Below are positions 57,230-64,000 of a DNA stretch of 64,000 nt, in pieces; position 1 is the first letter of the stretch, and the number at the start of each line of letters is the position of its first letter. This stretch comes from a bacterium BMS3Abin06. GTDB taxonomy: Bacteria; Nitrospirota; Thermodesulfovibrionia; UBA6902. The notes below the pieces were generated by a model, which saw only the letters and a list, made by a program, of their open reading frames with translations, made no database searches and was not told the origin of the DNA. The stretch lies in NCBI GenBank assembly GCA_002897895.1, contig BDSY01000058.1:40109-104108 (forward strand). The letters run 5' to 3'. A program made the translations under genes and the position numbers.

Positions 57230-59269
57230 ATGGAACTTATCGCATTATTGAGTAATAGTGATGATCTGATTATCCCGGATGTAAAGGATGCACTCAGGAA
57301 GTACACAGTGTATCCGTTGAAGACATTAGAAGAACTTGAGGACCTGTACGGCAATATCCCCCTGAATCTCTTCCTTATTGATACGACCTCCCAGAGGTTG
57401 TCTTCTCTCTGTGATTTCTTAAACAAACTCGATCAAAATGTGGTCATGCTAATTGCACCTGAAAAACTTGACAGGTTTAAAATGGATAATCTCCCGCAGA
57501 GCGTGTTTGATTCCATTGATATCGGGTCAATAAGAACCGGTCTTCCGGTTATAGTTGAACGTGCTCTCGAAAGGCAGAGGTTTGGAAATGAAATAAAGTT
57601 ACTGAAGCAATCGCGGGATATTGTATCGCCGGTGCAGATGAAGGCTTATAACGGATTAGAGACGGAAACATTTTTAAACCGCAGTGAACCTGTGCCGGGC
57701 GGCAGATATATCCATGAAAAGGTTATTGTTAATTTTGCCAGAATGTTGTCGGTAAGTTTTGACATGCGGAAGCTTTTAGATCATTTTATAGATTCTGTAA
57801 TGGAGATTGCCCGCGTAAGCAGGATGTCTATTATGCTCAGGGATAAAGAAGGCTTTTATGTCAAGACGCACTATGGCATAGATCCATATATTGCTGATAA
57901 TCTTAAACTCCGGAAAGAGAGCTCTCTTGCAAGCCGGCTGACAAGAACAGGGCGGATCATGCAAAAGCCGGCCGGTTTTACAGGTGCGGATACAGCATGC
58001 ATTAAAGCCGAAATGGAAGCACTGCAGTGCTCGGTTTCATTTCCCATGATATACAAGGGCAAGCTGATAGGGATCTTTAATATCGACGATAAAATCACTG
58101 AAGAGCCTTTTTACAGGGAGGAACTGGAGATAATATACATATTATGCAATTATCTTGCGGCTGCTGTAAAGGATATAGACCTCTATCATCAAATGTGGTA
58201 TCAGAAGGAGTTTACAAAGAACATACTTTCAAGTATGAGCAGCGGAATGATCGCAATAGACTGCGATGAAAAAATCACCATTTTTAATCAGCAGGCATCG
58301 GAGATACTGAACCTTGATCCTTCAGAAATAATCGGCAGTGATTTAAGGGCGCTCCCCCCGCCGCTCGGAGATATATTATATGAAACCATGGCAACCGGCA
58401 TTTCTTACAGCCGGTATGAGGTTACAATAAATCCTGCGAAACTGCCGCTTGGAATAAACAGTTACAGGCTGCTTGACGAACAGAAAAATCCGGTAGGAGC
58501 GGGGATTTTATTTTCCGACCTCTCTGATTCCAGGAAGTTGGAGGAGCAGCAAAGGAGGGCGGAGAACCTCAAAGCCGTAAATGACCTTATGGCAAAGATA
58601 GCCCATGAGGTGAGGAATCCTTTAACTTCAATACAGATATATACACAGTTATTGAATGACAAATATAACGATGATGAATTAAACAAATTTTATATTTCAA
58701 CTGTAAGGCAATCAATCAACACGCTTGACAGTTTGATTGATAAACTGGTGACTTTTTCAAGCACTCAAAACTATAATTTTAACAAGGTGGAATTAAACGG
58801 CTTTTTAAGAGAGACCGAAGAGTTCATATTGAAGGATATGCCTCAGACCCACCGGTTTTCAAGGCAGCTGCTGCATAATTCTTTTTATATTAATGCCGAT
58901 AGAAAACAGATGACAAAGGCGATTTACTATATTATATTATTTATTATCGACAAAACACCTGAAGGAGCGGTTATTACTATGGATCTTGACACAATAATGC
59001 AGGATACCCCTTTTATTGAGATATCGATAAAATATGCCGGAGATATATCTATTAAGGATGGGAAGCAGAACCTGTTAAAACCCCTGCTGGATATCGGTCA
59101 TCTCGGAACCGAGTTGAATGTGCCGATAAGCCATAAGATTATTGAAGGGCACAGCGGAAGTCTTGATATGAAAAGCGAGGGCGGCATTAATACCTTTATC
59201 ATCAGGCTGCCGCTTGTTGACAGGAGAAGCTCTAATGTTTTCTTTGTGCGAGGTCATTTAAATGGATAA
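57230..59269 (+). CDS. Cytoplasmic sensor histidine kinase (receiver-like N-terminus, GAF, PAS, HisKA, degenerate ATPase)
   Basis: IAHEVRNPLTSI H-box and a PAS-like segment. Confidence 0.7.
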   Translation: MELIALLSNSDDLIIPDVKDALRKYTVYPLKTLEELEDLYGNIPLNLFLIDTTSQRLSSLCDFLNKLDQNVVMLIAPEKLDRFKMDNLPQSVFDSIDIGSIRTGLPVIVERALERQRFGNEIKLLKQSRDIVSPVQMKAYNGLETETFLNRSEPVPGGRYIHEKVIVNFARMLSVSFDMRKLLDHFIDSVMEIARVSRMSIMLRDKEGFYVKTHYGIDPYIADNLKLRKESSLASRLTRTGRIMQKPAGFTGADTACIKAEMEALQCSVSFPMIYKGKLIGIFNIDDKITEEPFYREELEIIYILCNYLAAAVKDIDLYHQMWYQKEFTKNILSSMSSGMIAIDCDEKITIFNQQASEILNLDPSEIIGSDLRALPPPLGDILYETMATGISYSRYEVTINPAKLPLGINSYRLLDEQKNPVGAGILFSDLSDSRKLEEQQRRAENLKAVNDLMAKIAHEVRNPLTSIQIYTQLLNDKYNDDELNKFYISTVRQSINTLDSLIDKLVTFSSTQNYNFNKVELNGFLRETEEFILKDMPQTHRFSRQLLHNSFYINADRKQMTKAIYYIILFIIDKTPEGAVITMDLDTIMQDTPFIEISIKYAGDISIKDGKQNLLKPLLDIGHLGTELNVPISHKIIEGHSGSLDMKSEGGINTFIIRLPLVDRRSSNVFFVRGHLNG

Positions 59270-60284
59270 CAGGGAAAGAATTCTTGTTATAGATGATGAG
59301 CTGGCGCCCAGGGAATCCATCCGGATGATTTTGAAGGATCAATATGCCGTATCTACGGCTGAAGGGGCGCTTGAAGGGTTGGATATTATGAGCCGGAATC
59401 CTGTAAACCTGGTAGTAATGGATATAAAGATGCCGAAAATGGATGGTATCACGGCACTGCAGGAGATAAAGAAAAGACATCCCGACACCGAGGTTATTCT
59501 GTTAACGGCATATGCCAGTCTTGAAACAGCCAGGGATGCGATACGGTTTGGCGCTTTTGATTATTTGATAAAGCCTTTTGATAAAGACAATGTATTATCT
59601 GTTGTCGGGAAAGGACTGGCTAAAAGGCGGGCTAACACAGGTTTGAGATTAGAGCGTGATATCTTGTTAGACAGGGCCTCCTATCTTGAAGAGCAGGTAA
59701 ATAATGCCAGGAGTAATATCATGACGTGCTATGAAGGCACGGTTAATGCGCTGATTCTTACTATTGATGCCAAAGACCATTATACATATGATCACTCAAA
59801 CCGGGTTGCAAAATTATCTTCTTCTTTAGCAAAGGCGTTCGGGGTCCCTGACAGAACAGTAAAAGAGATAGAGAATGCAGCCTCTATCCATGATATAGGG
59901 AAGATCGGCATAGAAGAAAATATTCTCAAGAAAAACGGAAAGTTGACTTCATACGAATATACGGAAATAAAAAAACATCCTGCGATAGGCGCCCGGATTG
60001 TTCAGTCCGTGCCCTTTCTTGAGGACGCAATTCCGGTCATTCTTTATCATCATGAAAGGTTTGATGGAAAGGGATATCCCGAGGGCAGAGAAGGTGAACA
60101 GATACCTCTCGCAGCGAGAATAGTAGTTGTTGCAGATGCTATTGATGCAATGATGAGCGCCAGGCCTTATAGAGATGCGCTCACCATAAACAGAGTTTTA
60201 GACGAATTAAGAGATAATACCGGAACCCAGTTTGATCCCGGGATTGTGGATGTTATATTGAAAGGCAAAGTACCGTTCGAATAA
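59262..60284 (+). CDS. Response regulator with HD-GYP phosphodiesterase domain (RpfG-like)
   Basis: REC domain with D54-like aspartate; HD...HHERFDGKGYP. Confidence 0.8.
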   Translation: MDNRERILVIDDELAPRESIRMILKDQYAVSTAEGALEGLDIMSRNPVNLVVMDIKMPKMDGITALQEIKKRHPDTEVILLTAYASLETARDAIRFGAFDYLIKPFDKDNVLSVVGKGLAKRRANTGLRLERDILLDRASYLEEQVNNARSNIMTCYEGTVNALILTIDAKDHYTYDHSNRVAKLSSSLAKAFGVPDRTVKEIENAASIHDIGKIGIEENILKKNGKLTSYEYTEIKKHPAIGARIVQSVPFLEDAIPVILYHHERFDGKGYPEGREGEQIPLAARIVVVADAIDAMMSARPYRDALTINRVLDELRDNTGTQFDPGIVDVILKGKVPFE

Positions 60285-60440
60285 TTGCATCGTTATTTTT
60301 ATGTTGATTGCACCTATGCCGATGACCCGGCCGATGTTCTCCCCTGATGCTTCATGATCTTTACGCTCCAATGCTCCGGTCAGTTTTATATCGTCCAAAT
60401 CCTCAACCTTCATTTATGCCCCCTTTTTTATTCTTTTACG

Positions 60441-60479
60441 GACACGGGAGGTAAGACCGGTTTTCGTGTCCGTTTTTAT
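60441..60479 (+). terminator. Rho-independent terminator (CGGACACG/CGTGTCCG stem followed by a T-run)
   Basis: Read directly after the HD-GYP gene. Confidence 0.6.
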
Positions 60480-60529
60480 TCTTGTCTTTTACGGTCACGT
60501 TAAACGGACACGTCCCACGATCCTTTCCA

Positions 60530-61675
60530 GTCGCAATCCCTTATTTATCAGGTCTTCTTTGATTCAAAGCAAACACAAACAGATACTGAACGCATAGTCG
60601 CAATCCCTTTTTCATCAGGTCTTCTTTGATTCTGTTTCACTGGGCAAATTAGGATTAATGCTTGCCGTCGCAATCCCTTTTTCATCAGGTCTTCTTTGAT
60701 TCTACCTGGCTGCAAAAAAGCCCTCCTTAATCCGATGTCGCAATCCCTTTTTCATCAGGTCTTCTTTGATTCACAGTCCTGAAGAATAACTGTAAAGCAA
60801 GTCGTCGCAATCCCTTTTTCATCAGGTCTTCTTTGATTCACCCTGCAGGAGGATGGGACATATCAGATATGGGAGTCGCAATCCCTTTTTCATCAGGTCT
60901 TCTTTGATTCAATGAAAAAGAGTGAACCCGTGAAGTGGCATTCAGTCGCAATCCCTTTTTCATCAGGTCTTCTTTGATTCATTATTTTTTTCTTATTTGA
61001 ATTACTAACTTTGTCGCAATCCCTTTTTCATCAGGTCTTCTTTGATTCGATTTTAAAATGTGCAATTACATATTAAGCGGCATGTCGCAATCCCTTTTTC
61101 ATCAGGTCTTCTTTGATTCCAAGATTGGAGCTTAGCCTCGCAGAACGTAAGAGTCGCAATCCCTTTTTCATCAGGTCTTCTTTGATTCTTTAAGGGCTAT
61201 CGGCTTGTGGTAGGCCACTGTGTCGCAATCCCTTTTTCATCAGGTCTTCTTTGATTCACTGTTGCTCTCCATGCTATGCAAGATTTTCTGGGTCGCAATC
61301 CCTTTTTCATCAGGTCTTCTTTGATTCAATTAATGTTGTTGGGAAACATCCAGCGCTGAGTCGCAATCCCTTTTTCATCAGGTCTTCTTTGATTCTCAAA
61401 AACAGGTCAAATACCTTTTGTCAAATACTCGTCGCAATCCCTTTTTCATCAGGTCTTCTTTGATTCCTTTCATTTCCTTTAATTACACTGCAAATTCACC
61501 AGTCGCAATCCCTTTTTCATCAGGTCTTCTTTGATTCTGTGCCTCATTCACAGAGGTACCTCTTTTGATCCGTCGCAATCCCTTTTTCATCAGGTCTTCT
61601 TTGATTCGTGAATACGGTGCCAAACGTGGTAAAAGATTAGTCGCAATCCCTTTTTCATCAGGTCTTCTTTGATTC
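60530..61675 (-). CRISPR. CRISPR array with 17 repeats of 36 nt (GTCGCAATCCCTTTTTCATCAGGTCTTCTTTGATTC on the plus strand) and 16 spacers of 31-35 nt
   Basis: Repeats start at 60530 (degenerate, 2 mismatches), 60597, 60667, 60736, 60804, 60875, 60945, 61013, 61084, 61153, 61222, 61292, 61360, 61431, 61502, 61572 and 61640. An AT-rich leader at 61676..61803 lies next to cas2. The degenerate repeat is distal. Transcription is inferred on the minus strand, so crRNA repeats would end ...GGGATTGCGAC. Confidence 0.9.
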
Positions 61676-61803
61676 AGCACCCCTCAAAAATAATTTGTGA
61701 AATCCAGCTATTACAGCGCCCATTGAGCAGCTTTTCTTTCTTACTGAAAGCAACCTGTTTTTGCCTCCCTTTTTTGAATTTTGAATCTTCGGAGCAGAGA
61801 CTT

Positions 61804-62082
61804 TTACTCAAGAAAAATTTCTACTCCGTCCGGCACCCTGTCTCCGCATCCCATAACAATAACTTTATAATCAGAGGGAAGCGGATATATCCTCACATCG
61901 TCTTTTTCTTCATCAATTAACCAGCTCAGTTGCTCCTTTAACTCTCTTAATTGCGGCCACGTCAATGTGCAATGGAAAACCGAGTACTGGAGATGTATTC
62001 CCCGGCTTTTCATAAATCTGTAAACCCGCGCCAGTCTTCGGGGTTTGGTTATATCGTAACATACAAGATAGTCAGTCTTCAT
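61804..62082 (-). CDS. cas2: CRISPR-associated endoribonuclease Cas2
   Basis: MKTDYLVCYDI...YSVF start. Confidence 0.8.
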   Translation of the reverse strand: MKTDYLVCYDITKPRRLARVYRFMKSRGIHLQYSVFHCTLTWPQLRELKEQLSWLIDEEKDDVRIYPLPSDYKVIVMGCGDRVPDGVEIFLE

Positions 62083-62900
62083 GAAAGCATCTCTCTTATT
62101 AAGTCAAAAAGTTCATCAATAATGTCTTCTGCTTTCTCTTTGACCTCTTTTCGCTTGTTCTCAAAGCGGTGTGCGATATTCCTGATGCCCCGGTCTGTCA
62201 TAACCCAGTGCCCGGTTTCATTTTTGATCAGCTCCCTGAGATTAACAGAATGGAAAAACTGCAATGTCTGCATATCACTTTCACCGCCCATGATATAACA
62301 AATATCAAGGGCAAGCCCGAAGTTATGCCTCCGGTGAATCACTCCAAGATGAGGGTCAAGCCCCGAGTGTATAAGGCTTTCTATAATTACATTTCTGAAG
62401 ATACCCGTAATGATTCCGTTGACAGCAAGCCACTTTCTTTCCTTAACCTTTCTGATGCCCTTCAATATTTCCTGGTAATTACCCTCTCCAAAACCTTTTA
62501 TCTCAAGCTTCGCTGCCAGCGGGGGAACATATCTTCTCAACATGTTTAATTGCAGTAAAATCCTTTTGGCAGTCGCCCATTTCTGATAGTGAAGAATTGT
62601 TCCTTCAGAATCCAAAAGCACCTTTTGCTCTTTGTAGTGATCCGGCAGCCGGTGGTTGTACGGGATGACTACTGCTGATTCATCCGCCCTTCTGTTCATG
62701 AATGTTATCGGTATATTATTGTCGGCAAAAAGAGTGATCGTCCCTGAATCAAGCCGGACATTGCCTATGACAATTACCCTTCCCACCAGGCGCGCGGGGA
62801 TCCTCCGGCCTGCCCGGCCTTCTTCCTTAACCCAGATTGAAGGGCCGTCTCTTTTTATCACCGGTTTATTTGCCTGACTTATATACAGGGTCCTGCCCAT
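62079..62900 (-). CDS. cas1: CRISPR-associated Cas1 (copy A, next to cas2; diverged catalytic motif)
   Basis: MGRTLYIS start after SD AAGGAGGA and Cas1 N-terminal beta-sandwich pattern. The start is chosen downstream of the ORF-track start. Confidence 0.7.
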   Translation of the reverse strand: MGRTLYISQANKPVIKRDGPSIWVKEEGRAGRRIPARLVGRVIVIGNVRLDSGTITLFADNNIPITFMNRRADESAVVIPYNHRLPDHYKEQKVLLDSEGTILHYQKWATAKRILLQLNMLRRYVPPLAAKLEIKGFGEGNYQEILKGIRKVKERKWLAVNGIITGIFRNVIIESLIHSGLDPHLGVIHRRHNFGLALDICYIMGGESDMQTLQFFHSVNLRELIKNETGHWVMTDRGIRNIAHRFENKRKEVKEKAEDIIDELFDLIREMLS

Positions 62901-63843
62901 CCATAATCCTCCTTGCAATCCCTCTTGCTTCCTCAACCCAGAGCGGCCTCATCTCCTGTGCCCATTGTTCATATAATGGATAAAACTTCTTTCGGCTCGC
63001 CTTTTTCAGATAACAGCCCGGCCTTTCATCATTCATCGCAAAGTCTCTCTTTGTGAGTGTCCGCTCCCTGAACAGTTCCCATACAAATCTGTCGACCTGA
63101 GGGCGGTATGACTCAACAAGGTCGCATGCAAGGGATTCTCTTCCATAGTCAAACTGATGATAAAACCCGATCACAGGATCAAGACCGATAACCTCTATCT
63201 CCCTGACGAGTTCAAAGTGCATCATTGTATAGCAGAGCGAAAGCATGGCATTGACAGGATCCAGAGGCGGCCTCCTGTTTCTCTTCTTGAATCCCAGGGA
63301 TTCGGGGAATATTCCTGTAAAGGCTGAAAAATAACCTGCAGATCCCCCGCCTTCCATGCCGCGCAGTGTCTCCATTTCCATGTTCTGTTTTTCAATTTCA
63401 ATGACTATCCCCTGAAGCGTGCATATTGCCCTGGTCAGCGGATAGCGCAGATCAGGACGTTTTTCCCTGACATGCATCAGAAACTCCTTCTGGCCTTCCA
63501 TCTTTCTCCTGACAATGTCTGTTGCTGCTTTCATATTAAAATCAGAGAGTGACTTTTCGTACTGTTTAATCCTCAATAACCCGTTGTTGTGCAGTCTGCC
63601 ATGCAGCATCCCGCAAAACCTCAGCCTCTTGCCTGATAAAAACAGGACACTTATCCCTTCCCGCGCAAGCATATTCAGCGCTGATGTCTCAATCAATATA
63701 TTTCCCACTATTACGACCCGTTTAAGCGGGTTAACAGGCACAACGCCCTCTCGTCCCTGCTTTGAGTAAAAAGCAAGAGCTTTACCATCCGGTTTCAGAT
63801 GAAGTTCTTTTCTGTCAATGTATAGTGTACTCATAAGCTTCAA
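62866..63843 (-). CDS. cas1: CRISPR-associated Cas1 (copy B, canonical motifs)
   Basis: STLYIDRKE start; YHQ...DLVESYRPQVDRFVW matches the canonical Cas1 metal-site region. Confidence 0.75.
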   Translation of the reverse strand: MKLMSTLYIDRKELHLKPDGKALAFYSKQGREGVVPVNPLKRVVIVGNILIETSALNMLAREGISVLFLSGKRLRFCGMLHGRLHNNGLLRIKQYEKSLSDFNMKAATDIVRRKMEGQKEFLMHVREKRPDLRYPLTRAICTLQGIVIEIEKQNMEMETLRGMEGGGSAGYFSAFTGIFPESLGFKKRNRRPPLDPVNAMLSLCYTMMHFELVREIEVIGLDPVIGFYHQFDYGRESLACDLVESYRPQVDRFVWELFRERTLTKRDFAMNDERPGCYLKKASRKKFYPLYEQWAQEMRPLWVEEARGIARRIMDGQDPVYKSGK

Positions 63844-64000
63844 TTATCAATCAGTAATTATCAATGATCAATCAAGGAAGTTTTTTCATTCATAATTCTT
63901 AATTCTTAATTACTCATTGATTTTCACCCTATATAAAAATACGCAGGATCTTTTGGCTGCACTCCGATCCCTATAGCATGAGTCCTGCTTCTTGCATCCA

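Noticed and set aside
60207-60413. 68-aa minus-strand ORF between the HD-GYP gene and the CRISPR array
   Set aside because: It overlaps the 3' end of the HD-GYP gene and the terminator, and is most likely spurious.

Overview
This 64-kb window looks like chromosome from a moderately AT-rich, probably anaerobic Gram-negative bacterium. That lifestyle is an inference from the sigma-54 activator, a tungsten/molybdenum-type aldehyde:ferredoxin oxidoreductase, an HD-GYP response regulator and a HydG/ThiH-type radical SAM enzyme. Housekeeping content is clear. On the minus strand sits ilvD-ilvB-ilvN-ilvC-psd-pssA-leuA. On the plus strand are rpsF-ssb-rpsR, a TPP-riboswitch-controlled thiH-thiS-thiG-thiE-thiC cluster, an aconitase-family hydratase, RelA/SpoT, asnB, and two sensor kinases with an HD-GYP regulator. 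Several accessory features are laid on top of this. (1) A ~10.8-kb island (5206..16002) is bounded by a perfect 269-bp direct repeat. The repeat duplicates the junction between a patatin gene and a GH3/NagZ-like gene. The island carries an ArsR-family regulator with a C-terminal CxCxC motif, three tiny Cys-Gly-repeat peptide genes (CGC, CGCGCGC, CGCGC) behind conserved TTAAGT-N12-ACTTAA palindromes, a MoaD-like GG protein, a ferredoxin-like protein, a B12-binding radical SAM enzyme translationally abutting an AOR-family oxidoreductase, a NitT/TauT-type ABC importer, an acyl-CoA dehydrogenase, a frameshifted ABC ATPase remnant and an ABC-2 exporter. (2) A toxin-antitoxin cluster (HEPN/MNT, DUF4258/DUF2283, RHH/PIN) includes a second insertion flanked by a diverged 118-bp gene-5'-end duplication. 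(3) Two copies of a ~155-bp MITE-like element carry 21-bp terminal inverted repeats. (4) Heptamer and octamer short tandem repeats occupy several intergenic sites. (5) A 17-repeat CRISPR array lies next to cas2 and two tandem, divergent cas1 genes. All calls come from reading the six-frame ORF track and the raw sequence by eye, with no database searches, so family names are motif-level inferences.
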